A stretch of 60,910 nucleotides of DNA from an uncultured Eubacteriales bacterium (GTDB lineage: Bacteria > Bacillota > Clostridia > Lachnospirales > CAYPQA01). The notes under the pieces were generated by a model that was not told where the DNA came from, did no database searches, and was given only the letters and a program-made list of their open reading frames with translations. The stretch lies in assembly GCA_964412725.1 (NCBI GenBank), contig CAYPQA010000001.1, positions 1 to 60,910 on the forward strand, in the 5' to 3' direction. Below are positions 19,511 through 28,054 of the stretch, one piece after another. Made by a program: the position numbers and the translations under genes. Positions within the stretch are counted from its first letter, which is position 1. Each line of letters opens with the position of its first letter.

Positions 19511-20431
19511 CTACATTTTGGTACATGCTCTTACAGGGCGACCTTCTATATAGCCTCGATAACCTTGAGGCTCCAATTGAATCTTCGGAGCTAAATCATC
19601 AGCCCATTCGTAACCGTAAATTTGAGGATTGTAAGACTTCGTATGCTCGACTAAATCATCAATGGCATCCATGAATTTCTCATCATCATAGGGAGCACCT
19701 TGGAAGATGAGCATCTTGCAAGACGGCAATGTAATTACCTCAAATCCTTCGGGAATCTCACCGTTCCAGTCAAGTGAAACCTCTACTCCTTGGGCATAAA
19801 CAGAGGTTCCTTCAGGACGCAAATTGGTCGGCATCCACATACCTACAGGCTCGTAAAGTGCGTCTTTTATACTGCAAAGTATGCCCCAGACATCGGACCC
19901 TACTTCGTCACAATACTCAAAATAATTCTTTGAGGATTTACCACGTTTTAAGATAAGCTTTCTTTCAGGACGGTCAACAATCTGGGCAAAAATTACACTT
20001 GTTTCTTTCATAGCCTTTACCTCTTTCCTATTACTTAGTAGGTAGAAGTCACAAATGATTGAGGGCATGAAAAGTTTCAGAGGCTTTGGATTTTGAGAAT
20101 ATTCCTTTGGAGTTATTCCAAATTCCTTTGAAAATGCCCTTGTAAAACCCTCATGAGAGTCAAAAACAAAACTAAATGCCACATCAATAACCCGCACCTC
20201 CTCATCCCGCAGAACAATAGCCGACTGGCTCAAGCGCAAACGACGTATATATTCAAACGGTGTTATACCGGTAAGCTCCTTAAAACACTTTGCGGCATAA
20301 TATGGGGAATATCCAGCTACACGCGATAGTTGAAACTGTGTTATCGGCTCTTTTATATGCTTAGCGATATAATTCTGCATACGAGTTACGGCATTGATTT
20401 TGTCTTGGCTCGGTTCTTGGTTTGTATTCAT
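19511..20431 (-). CDS. AraC-family transcriptional regulator with a GyrI-like effector-binding domain
   Basis: An N-terminal AraC HTH pair (FQLSRVAGYSPYYAAKCFKELTGITPFEYIRRLRL) and a C-terminal GyrI-like domain. Confidence 0.8.
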   Translation of the reverse strand: MNTNQEPSQDKINAVTRMQNYIAKHIKEPITQFQLSRVAGYSPYYAAKCFKELTGITPFEYIRRLRLSQSAIVLRDEEVRVIDVAFSFVFDSHEGFTRAFSKEFGITPKEYSQNPKPLKLFMPSIICDFYLLSNRKEVKAMKETSVIFAQIVDRPERKLILKRGKSSKNYFEYCDEVGSDVWGILCSIKDALYEPVGMWMPTNLRPEGTSVYAQGVEVSLDWNGEIPEGFEVITLPSCKMLIFQGAPYDDEKFMDAIDDLVEHTKSYNPQIYGYEWADDLAPKIQLEPQGYRGYIEGRPVRACTKM

Positions 20432-20497
20432 TCGTTTTTCACCTCTGCCAGTATAATAACAGGGAATGAGTATTATTTCTTGACTTGCATTGCCATT

Positions 20498-21046
20498 CTA
20501 AAGAACAAGCTTAATTCCAATACCTACAAGAATAAGTCCGCCCATAATTTTGGCGGGCTTTTTTAAAACGCCGCCGAGTTTTTGACCAAGGATAAACCCA
20601 ATTGCCGAGATAAAGAATGTTGTTATGCCTATGATGGAACCAGCTTGTAAGATGGGCATTATGGGTGTTAAGTTAAAGCTTACACCTACAGCTAAAGCAT
20701 CGATACTGGTTGCAATAGAAAGAACAATAAGGCTTTTAAAATCCAGAGATACCTTTTCATCCTCATCGTCACCTTTTCCGAAAAACACCTCATAAAGCAT
20801 CTTTCCTCCTATAAGCGCAAGAAGTCCGAAAGAGATAAAATTTCCGACACTCATAAGACTTTGGCTTATAAGACTTGCGCCATAGAATCCCAGAACGGGC
20901 ATCATAAACTGAAAAAATCCGAAAAAACAGCCGAATATCAAGGGATATTTCGGCGTCGTTTTAGTGTATGACATACCATTGCCAACGGAAACAGCAAATG
21001 CGTCCATGGCAAGGCCAATTCCAATTAAAAATACTGTTAAAAACAT
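20498..21046 (-). CDS. mntP: Manganese efflux pump MntP
   Basis: Start at the ATG at 21046 (MFLTVFLIGIGLAMDAFAVS), 1 nt after the yajC stop. It has the duplicated DUF204 DAFAV/DALAV motifs. Confidence 0.85.
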   Translation of the reverse strand: MFLTVFLIGIGLAMDAFAVSVGNGMSYTKTTPKYPLIFGCFFGFFQFMMPVLGFYGASLISQSLMSVGNFISFGLLALIGGKMLYEVFFGKGDDEDEKVSLDFKSLIVLSIATSIDALAVGVSFNLTPIMPILQAGSIIGITTFFISAIGFILGQKLGGVLKKPAKIMGGLILVGIGIKLVL

Positions 21047-21047
21047 A

Positions 21048-21488
21048 TTAGCTCTCGCTCTTTTCAATAGTTTTATCGGTAGAGTGTAAAACCGGTGTTT
21101 TTATACCTACAACGTCAGATTTGTTGACAGGTATTCTAATTCCTCTGTTTGTACCAAATTCAACAATGAAACAATTTTCACCTACATCCATTACCTTACC
21201 ATAAAACCCGCTGCTCGTTACAATGTTATCGCCTGCACGAATGGAAGCCTGCATTTCCTTAGCCTGCTTATCGCGTTTCCTTTGAGGTCTAAAGACAAAA
21301 AACCATAATGCACCGATCATCAGCGCATACATTCCCACAAGTTGAATCATTCCGCCCAAGCCGCCGCCCAAGCTTGGTAATGCACTAGCGGCTGCGTCCG
21401 CGGCAGGTGCTGCGGCAACATCAGAAACTGCACCGGATTCGCCACCGACGATGACCGTTAACAGCGATAAAAAATAATACATCTGCAT
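21048..21488 (-). CDS. yajC: Preprotein translocase subunit YajC (extended N-terminus)
   Basis: YajC core MIGALWFFVFRPQRKRDKQAKEMQASIRAGDNIVTSSGFYGKV. Confidence 0.8.
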   Translation of the reverse strand: MQMYYFLSLLTVIVGGESGAVSDVAAAPAADAAASALPSLGGGLGGMIQLVGMYALMIGALWFFVFRPQRKRDKQAKEMQASIRAGDNIVTSSGFYGKVMDVGENCFIVEFGTNRGIRIPVNKSDVVGIKTPVLHSTDKTIEKSES

Positions 21489-21510
21489 CTCTCCTTGAAA
21501 GTTTTACGGT

Positions 21511-21539
21511 ATTATAACAAGCTTGTCAGAATTTTACAA
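21511..21539 (-). promoter_or_regulatory. Sigma-A-type promoter for yajC-mntP (TTGTAA-N17-TATAAT)
   Basis: Near-consensus -35 and -10 boxes with exactly 17-nt spacing on the minus strand, about 20 nt upstream of the yajC start. Confidence 0.5.
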
Positions 21540-21569
21540 TGTTTTTTTCCAACGCAATAAGTTCAAAGG

Positions 21570-21598
21570 TTTACAATTTTTTGTTTATGGGTTATAAT
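21570..21598 (+). promoter_or_regulatory. Sigma-A-type promoter (TTTACA-N17-TATAAT) for the homocysteine methyltransferase-like gene
   Basis: Near-consensus boxes with 17-nt spacing, about 70 nt upstream of the GTG at 21672. Confidence 0.55.
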
Positions 21599-21671
21599 TT
21601 GGGAAAAATCCTTGGAAATATTCATGAAATTGTTCACAAAAAATAATAAATAAATTAAAGGGAGAATTGTT

Positions 21672-22871
21672 GTGAAATTTACAGATAGATTAGAAAGCCA
21701 GTTTATTTTCTTCGATGGAGGCTTTGGCACTATGCTTCAATCAAGAGGGCTTGCGGCGGGTCAACCGCCTGAAAGGCTTAATTTGGAAAAACCTGAGCTT
21801 GTAACAGATGTGCATATGCAGTACCTTGAAGCAGGCGTTGATGTGTTGACGCTTAACACGTTCGGTACCCTCTCGCACAAACACAGCGATTATGATTCGC
21901 TCATCAACGCGGCTTATAAAAATGCAATGGCCGCTGTTGAGGCTGTTGGCAGAGATGTATATATTGCGTTTGACATAGGGCCGACCGGAAAACTTATGAA
22001 ACCGTTCGGCGATATGGAATTTGAGGAATGCGTTGAGATTTATAAAAAATCCGCAAAATGTGCGGCACAACTCGGTGTAGACATTTTTATAGCTGAAACC
22101 TTTTCGGACTGCTACGAGCTTAAGGCCGCAATCACAGCTTTCCGTGAAGTTGCTCCGCATATTCCGTTTATAGCCACAGTCACAGTTGACGAAAATGCAC
22201 GTACACTCACAGGCAGCGATTTTATGGTTATAACTACTATCTTGGAGTCATTGGGCGTTACTGCGCTTGGAATGAATTGCGGCTTAGGACCCGAGCAATT
22301 TGAAGCACTATTTGACAAGCTCTATGCCACAGCCGGTGTACCGATTATTATTCAACCTAACGCGGGACTTCCACAAAGCGTGGACGGCGTAACCCATTAC
22401 GACTATGCGCCCGAACGTTTCGGTGAGATTATGAAACGTCTTGCGTCTAAAGGTGCAAGGATTTTAGGAGGCTGCTGCGGTACAACTCCAGCGCATATCG
22501 CTCAGGTTATAAAAAACTGTAAGGACTTAAAACCATTAACTTGTTCGTCACAAGCTTTAAATAAGGACAGCATCTTCTGCTCCTATCAAAAAAGCTGTGA
22601 TATTGAAACAGCTACCGTTTCGTATGATTTAAACCTGAATAACCCTGATGTATCCAAGGCACTGGAAAAGGCTGACTACGAGGCAATAGCCGAGCTTGCA
22701 ACGGAGTATACGGACTTTGACATGATAAACCTTGATTTAGGCAAGCATACCGCTAGATGTATACCGTATATACAAGAACTGGTTAGAAATCCGCTTTCCA
22801 TTTCTTCAACCGATGAGGCCGTTACTTCTGCGGCATTGCGTATTTACAACGGCAAGCTTTATGTTCGTTAA
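21672..22871 (+). CDS. Homocysteine S-methyltransferase domain protein (MetH N-terminal-like, truncated/degenerate pterin-binding remnant)
   Basis: Hcy-binding domain with zinc-ligand motifs (GMNCGLGP, GGCCGTTPAHI). About 100 aa follow, resembling only the start of a pterin-binding domain. Confidence 0.7.
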   Translation: MKFTDRLESQFIFFDGGFGTMLQSRGLAAGQPPERLNLEKPELVTDVHMQYLEAGVDVLTLNTFGTLSHKHSDYDSLINAAYKNAMAAVEAVGRDVYIAFDIGPTGKLMKPFGDMEFEECVEIYKKSAKCAAQLGVDIFIAETFSDCYELKAAITAFREVAPHIPFIATVTVDENARTLTGSDFMVITTILESLGVTALGMNCGLGPEQFEALFDKLYATAGVPIIIQPNAGLPQSVDGVTHYDYAPERFGEIMKRLASKGARILGGCCGTTPAHIAQVIKNCKDLKPLTCSSQALNKDSIFCSYQKSCDIETATVSYDLNLNNPDVSKALEKADYEAIAELATEYTDFDMINLDLGKHTARCIPYIQELVRNPLSISSTDEAVTSAALRIYNGKLYVR

Positions 22872-22900
22872 GATAAATTATCTTTGAAAGGGCGGAGCGT

Positions 22901-23590
22901 ATGGCGTATCAAATCTTAATTGTTGACGACGAAAAATTAATTGTAAAGGGCATAAAATTTTCTTTGGAACAGGACGGCATGGAGGTTGACGCAGCTTATG
23001 ACGGTGAAGAAGCCTTGCGTTTGGCGCGTTCAAAGGAATACAGCCTTATAGTCTTGGATGTTATGTTGCCAAAGGCAGACGGGCTTGAGGTTTGCAGTCA
23101 GATAAGAGAGTTTTCTTCAGTGCCTATAATTATGTGTACAGCCAAAGGAGAGGACATAGACAAGATTATGGGGCTTGAATACGGTGCAGACGACTATATA
23201 ACAAAGCCCTTCAATATCTTGGAACTTAAGGCACGCATAAAGGCTATCTTAAGACGTAGTATTACGAAACAGGAGCAAAAGCCAAAAACCGGTAATAAAA
23301 CGGTTCGCGAGCTTGAATTTGATTTTGAAGCAAGACGTGTTCATAAAAATGGCAAGGAGCTTAACCTAACCACAAAAGAATTTGACCTTTTGGAGCTTTT
23401 GGTCACAAACGAAGGCAAAATATACAGCCGTAAAGACCTTTTAAAAACTGTTTGGGGTGACGACTGCCCGGACGATGAAAGAACTGTTGACGTGCATGTC
23501 CGCCGCTTAAGAGAGAAAATCGAGGAAAACCCGGGTGAACCTAGGTATGTCCACACAAAGTGGGGTGCCGGATATTATTTCAATAGATAA
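22901..23590 (+). CDS. OmpR/WalR-family response regulator
   Basis: Receiver domain (ILIVDDE...LDVMLP) plus a winged-helix output domain (VDVHVRRLREKIE). Confidence 0.9.
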   Translation: MAYQILIVDDEKLIVKGIKFSLEQDGMEVDAAYDGEEALRLARSKEYSLIVLDVMLPKADGLEVCSQIREFSSVPIIMCTAKGEDIDKIMGLEYGADDYITKPFNILELKARIKAILRRSITKQEQKPKTGNKTVRELEFDFEARRVHKNGKELNLTTKEFDLLELLVTNEGKIYSRKDLLKTVWGDDCPDDERTVDVHVRRLREKIEENPGEPRYVHTKWGAGYYFNR

Positions 23591-23615
23591 ATGGTTTTTA
23601 AGTATAAGGTGGAAA

Positions 23616-25001
23616 TTGTTTTTAAGTTATATGGCTGTTGGACTCATACCTCTGTTTTTCTCATACAAAACCATATCCGTTTCAATGGAGGATTACTATA
23701 GGATAGACAAACAGAAACTATATTTAAACAACGCAAACATCATAGCAGGCAGTATATCCAAGGCCAATTATTTATTTGACGAAAGCAAAAGCCTTATGTT
23801 TGACAATGAAATTGATACAAAAAGTCGTGACGGTGGCTTTCGCATATTGGTTTTTGATAAGAAAGGCGTTGTTATTAACGACTCCAATAAAACAGAAATT
23901 GGCAAAACCCTTGTTATACCTGAGGTGACTGAGGCCTTTTTAAAAAATAACAATATGAATTTTCGTTCAGCAGAAAAAGCCGTTTATGCGGCCGCAGTCA
24001 TTAACGATAATTTGGGCAATCCGGCCGGTGCTGTGCTTTTGGTTGCAAAGGCCAACGACATATATGACGTTATAGACGAAATCGAGCGGCAATTTATTTT
24101 GTTTATTATCCTCACGCTTGTACTTCTGATTGTTTTGGTTCTACTCATATCTCAACTGTTTATCGAACCTCTTAACAATACTCTGCGCGTCATAAAGATT
24201 ATGTCCGAGGGTAACTTAAGCGCACGCGTTGATATAAAGAGCCATGACGAGTTTGCACAGCTTGGCGAAACTTTCAATAATATGGCCGAAAGCCTTGAAG
24301 AAGTTGAAAAAACAAGAGAGGAATTTGTTTCAAACGTTTCACATGAATTGAAAACGCCTTTAAGTTCCATAAAGGTGTTAACCGAATCCATATTGCTTGA
24401 GGAGAGCGTGCCTGCTGAGACTTATAAGGAATTTCTTTGTGATATAAATTCCGAAATCGACAGAATGAATAACATCGTAAACGACCTATTAAGTCTTGTT
24501 CGTCTGAGCAATAGCGAGGGCGCATTAAATATACGTACGACAGACATCAATAAGGTTATTGAAGAAATTCTTAAGCGCCTTCACCCGATAGCAGAGAATA
24601 AGGATATTGATGTACTTTATGATGATTTAAAGAGGGTTAGCATAGACGCGGACGAGATGAAACTCAGCCTTGCGCTTTCAAATATTGTTGAAAACGCAAT
24701 AAAATATACAAAATCCGGAGGGACAGTAAAGGTAACAGTTGACGCAGACCATCAAAACGCGTTCATAACCGTTTCTGACACAGGCATAGGCATAAGCGAA
24801 TCGGAACAAAGCAAGGTTTTCGGACGCTTTTACCGCGTAGATAAGACAAGAGACAGGGAAACTGGAGGCACAGGTCTTGGGCTATCAATAACGCAAAAGA
24901 CCGTTCTTTTGCATAAAGGTAGCATAAAGCTCACAAGTAAGGAGGATGAAGGTTCAACCTTTATCGTTCGCCTTCCGCTTAAGCAATCCACAGAGTCCTA
25001 G
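23616..25001 (+). CDS. Sensor histidine kinase (TM-HAMP-HisKA-HATPase)
   Basis: H-box SNVSHELKTPL, an N box, and G boxes (DTGIGI, GGTGLGLSI). The start is uncertain: TTG at 23616 after AAGGTGG, while the ORF is open from 23535. Confidence 0.85.
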   Translation: MFLSYMAVGLIPLFFSYKTISVSMEDYYRIDKQKLYLNNANIIAGSISKANYLFDESKSLMFDNEIDTKSRDGGFRILVFDKKGVVINDSNKTEIGKTLVIPEVTEAFLKNNNMNFRSAEKAVYAAAVINDNLGNPAGAVLLVAKANDIYDVIDEIERQFILFIILTLVLLIVLVLLISQLFIEPLNNTLRVIKIMSEGNLSARVDIKSHDEFAQLGETFNNMAESLEEVEKTREEFVSNVSHELKTPLSSIKVLTESILLEESVPAETYKEFLCDINSEIDRMNNIVNDLLSLVRLSNSEGALNIRTTDINKVIEEILKRLHPIAENKDIDVLYDDLKRVSIDADEMKLSLALSNIVENAIKYTKSGGTVKVTVDADHQNAFITVSDTGIGISESEQSKVFGRFYRVDKTRDRETGGTGLGLSITQKTVLLHKGSIKLTSKEDEGSTFIVRLPLKQSTES

Positions 25002-25057
25002 CGAAGGTCTAATAATCCAAAACGCCCTGATGAAAAGGTATAGGGGGAGGAAATATA

Positions 25058-26017
25058 TTGAGTAAAAAACGAAAGAAACATTACAAAGCCAATCGCATAC
25101 TGCCTATTATGGCTCTGGTTGTGCTCATAGGCATAGCTGCGTTCGGTATATATGCATTGCTTGGTAATAATGATTCAAAGCTAAAGGTGTCTGTATATTG
25201 CCTTAACAGCTCGCGTTCAGAGCTTGTGCCTGAAACGCGATATATGAAAAACGACACTTACGGAGAAATGACACGAAGTCTTTTGACAATGTTTAACGAA
25301 ACACCAAAGAATAAGGACTTAGTTAAAGCCGTACCAGATAACGTGAAGATACTTAACCTTAAGCTTGTTAATGATTCAATTTTGGAAGTAGAGTTTTCAA
25401 ACGAATATTTGGAGATGTCCACAACCGATGAGCTTTTTTTCAGAAGCGCATTGGTTTGGACAATGACAGAGCTGGATTTTATTAAGTCGGTGCATATCTT
25501 TGTTGACAAGACCGAATTAATAACATCGAATGGCAAGCCATTAGGCCCTCTCACCAGAGATAATGTGCTTTTAAATCCTGTCGTTTCACCATCAAGAACA
25601 GAGTTTGAAACCATAGTACTTTATTTTGCAGATGAAATGCTTGAGGGTTTAGTTCCCGAGGAACGTGTTATCGTTATTGACCCAAACGTGCCTATTGAAG
25701 AATATATATGCAAGCAGCTTGTCGAGGGGCCGCTCACAAAGCTTTACCCCACAATCCCGCCCGAAACCAAGGTAAGAAACGCACGCACAGATGAAGGCAT
25801 ATGTTATGTAAATTTAAGCAGTGATTTCATTAACAAGCATGCAGGCGGCTCAACGCTGGAGGAGCTTACAATCTATTCCGTAGTGAACAGCCTTACAGAG
25901 CTTTCGCATATAAAAAAAGTTCAGTTCCTTATAGAGTCCGAAAAAGTTACAAATTTCAAGGGGAATTTTGAGCTGTCCAAGCCTTTCGAGAGAAAAGAGG
26001 ATATAATTTTACAGTGA
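25058..26017 (+). CDS. GerMN domain-containing membrane-anchored protein (two GerMN repeats)
   Basis: TTG start, an N-terminal TM anchor, and two GerMN-like modules (LNLKLVNDSILEVEFS..., CYVNLSSDF...VQFLIESEKV). Confidence 0.65.
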   Translation: MSKKRKKHYKANRILPIMALVVLIGIAAFGIYALLGNNDSKLKVSVYCLNSSRSELVPETRYMKNDTYGEMTRSLLTMFNETPKNKDLVKAVPDNVKILNLKLVNDSILEVEFSNEYLEMSTTDELFFRSALVWTMTELDFIKSVHIFVDKTELITSNGKPLGPLTRDNVLLNPVVSPSRTEFETIVLYFADEMLEGLVPEERVIVIDPNVPIEEYICKQLVEGPLTKLYPTIPPETKVRNARTDEGICYVNLSSDFINKHAGGSTLEELTIYSVVNSLTELSHIKKVQFLIESEKVTNFKGNFELSKPFERKEDIILQ

Positions 26018-26035
26018 AAAAATTCTTGTAAAAGT

Positions 26036-26064
26036 ATACTGTTTTATGTATAATAATTAAAATC
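26036..26064 (+). promoter_or_regulatory. Sigma-A-type promoter (TTGTAA-N17-TGTATAAT, extended -10) for asp23-yloV-recG
   Basis: Consensus boxes with 17-nt spacing, about 20 nt upstream of the 26083 start. Confidence 0.55.
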
Positions 26065-26082
26065 CTTCTAAGGAGAGATGTT

Positions 26083-26439
26083 ATGTCCCTTACCATTAAA
26101 AATGAATTCGGTTCCATTGTTGTTGACAACGAAACCGTTGCAAAAATAGCCGGACTTGCCGCTTTGGATTGTTACGGAATCGTCGGAATGGCTTCCAAGA
26201 ACGTTAAAGATGGCTTGGTAACGTTGCTTAGGCGAGACAATTTGTCCAGAGGTATTAAGCTGAGCATTAACAATGATAAAATCAGTCTTGATTTGCACAT
26301 AATAGTCGAATACGGAACAAACATCCCTGTCATAGCCGAATCGCTTATCGAAACCGTTAAGTACAGAGTCGAGGAATATACGGGGCTTTCTGTCATTCGT
26401 ATCAATATATTTGTGGAGGGTGTCAGAGTTGATAAGTAA
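26083..26439 (+). CDS. Asp23/Gls24 family protein (YloU-like)
   Basis: 118 aa, GSIVVDNETVAKIAGLAALDCYGIVGM. It sits in the conserved position upstream of the DAK2 gene. Confidence 0.85.
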   Translation: MSLTIKNEFGSIVVDNETVAKIAGLAALDCYGIVGMASKNVKDGLVTLLRRDNLSRGIKLSINNDKISLDLHIIVEYGTNIPVIAESLIETVKYRVEEYTGLSVIRINIFVEGVRVDK

Positions 26440-28054
26440 TAAACAAATCCGCACCATAGACGGTGCTGTGTTAAAGAACATGTTTATTTGTGCCGCAAAT
26501 GCCCTTTCGCAAAACCGTGAGTTTGTAGATTCCTTAAATGTTTTCCCTGTTCCGGACGGGGATACGGGTACAAATATGTCTTATACAATCGTTGCCGCGG
26601 CCAAGGGGCTTGACGGACTTGCAAACCCAGACACAGCGGCAGTTGCAAAGGTTATCTCAGACGGCTCACTTCGCGGCGCAAGAGGCAACAGCGGTGTTAT
26701 TCTTTCGCAGTTGTTCCGAGGCTTTGCAAAGGGCCTTGAGGGTACAAAAACTGCTGATGTTTTTGCTCTCTCGAATGCATTTGAAAAGGCCGCTGCAACA
26801 GCTTATAAGGCTGTTATGAAGCCTAAAGAGGGAACAATCCTCACAATAGCACGTGCTTTGGGCGAAAAAGCTGTGCAGATTTCTCAAAGTACACAGGATG
26901 TAAAGGAATTTTTTGATATAATCTACGCACACGGCTTGGAAACCTTAAGCAAAACCACATCCATGCTTCCTGAATTGGCAAGAGCAAAGGTTGTTGACGC
27001 GGGCGGCAAAGGGCTTATGTTTATTGTCGAGGGTATGATTAAGGCGCTGTCCGGAGATGATATTAAACTTTTGGATATCGGAGAGAATAAGGGTGGCTTT
27101 AAATCTGCGTTTGAATCTTCCACAGAAATTGAATACGGGTATTGCACGGAACTTTTTATAAAATCTAAAGATTCGTCCGGTCAGGACGCTTTCATTAAAG
27201 AATTTCAAGAATATCTGTCCGGTATCGGCGATTCTATCATTGTCGTTGGCGGCGAATTAATAAAGCTCCATGTTCATTCCAACAATCCCGGTTCAGTTCT
27301 TGAATATGCACTTAAGCATGGCGAGCTTTCAGACATAAAAATAGAAAACATGCGTATACAACATTCCAACCTACTTAATTCTGTTGAGCATAAGCCGCAA
27401 GGCTTTGTCTGCGTGTCAATGGGTGAAGGTCTTGACCGAATCTTTTTAACGCTTGGAGCAGATCGTGTAATCCAAGGCGGCCAGAGCATGAATCCAAGTA
27501 CGGATGAAATCTTAAATGCAATGAAAAGCGCTGAATGTGACCACGTTATAATCCTTCCGAATAATAAAAATATTATCCTTGCCGCAAAACAAGCCGCAGA
27601 GCTTTATAGCAAGCTTGAAGGAAAAAGCGCCACAGTTATTGAAACAACAACCATTCCTCAAGGCATATCTGCGTTGATGGCTGTGAACCCTGTAAACAGC
27701 ATTGATGAAAACGTAGCCTCAATGAACGAAGCCGTCCAAAATATAAAAACAGCCTCCGTAACCTATGCCGTTAGGGAATCTGGATTTGTTGGCGGAAAGA
27801 TTGAGGAAGGCGATTATTTGTTCATGCAAGAGGGTAAAATTGTTGATTCATCAAAAGACATATCCGGAGGAACAAAAAAGCTTATTCTTTCAATGGTTGA
27901 TGAGGATAGCATTGTGAGCATATATTACGGTGCTGATATAAATGAAGAGAGTGCAGAAAAGATAAAGCTTTACATTGAGAATGAAGTGGGTTGCGAGGTA
28001 AGCGTCTATAATGGCGGACAACCCTTATATTATTATATTATTTCCGTAGAATAA
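26429..28054 (+). CDS. DAK2 domain fusion protein YloV
   Basis: DAK2 motifs (FPVPDGDTGTNM, RGNSGVILSQ). TTG at 26429 lies 8 nt after GGAGGG; the ORF is open from 26411. Confidence 0.85.
   Translation: MISNKQIRTIDGAVLKNMFICAANALSQNREFVDSLNVFPVPDGDTGTNMSYTIVAAAKGLDGLANPDTAAVAKVISDGSLRGARGNSGVILSQLFRGFAKGLEGTKTADVFALSNAFEKAAATAYKAVMKPKEGTILTIARALGEKAVQISQSTQDVKEFFDIIYAHGLETLSKTTSMLPELARAKVVDAGGKGLMFIVEGMIKALSGDDIKLLDIGENKGGFKSAFESSTEIEYGYCTELFIKSKDSSGQDAFIKEFQEYLSGIGDSIIVVGGELIKLHVHSNNPGSVLEYALKHGELSDIKIENMRIQHSNLLNSVEHKPQGFVCVSMGEGLDRIFLTLGADRVIQGGQSMNPSTDEILNAMKSAECDHVIILPNNKNIILAAKQAAELYSKLEGKSATVIETTTIPQGISALMAVNPVNSIDENVASMNEAVQNIKTASVTYAVRESGFVGGKIEEGDYLFMQEGKIVDSSKDISGGTKKLILSMVDEDSIVSIYYGADINEESAEKIKLYIENEVGCEVSVYNGGQPLYYYIISVE

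Noticed and set aside
21047-21070. An expected yybP-ykoY (Mn) riboswitch upstream of mntP.
   Set aside because: mntP starts 1 nt after the yajC stop, so there is no leader in which a riboswitch could sit.
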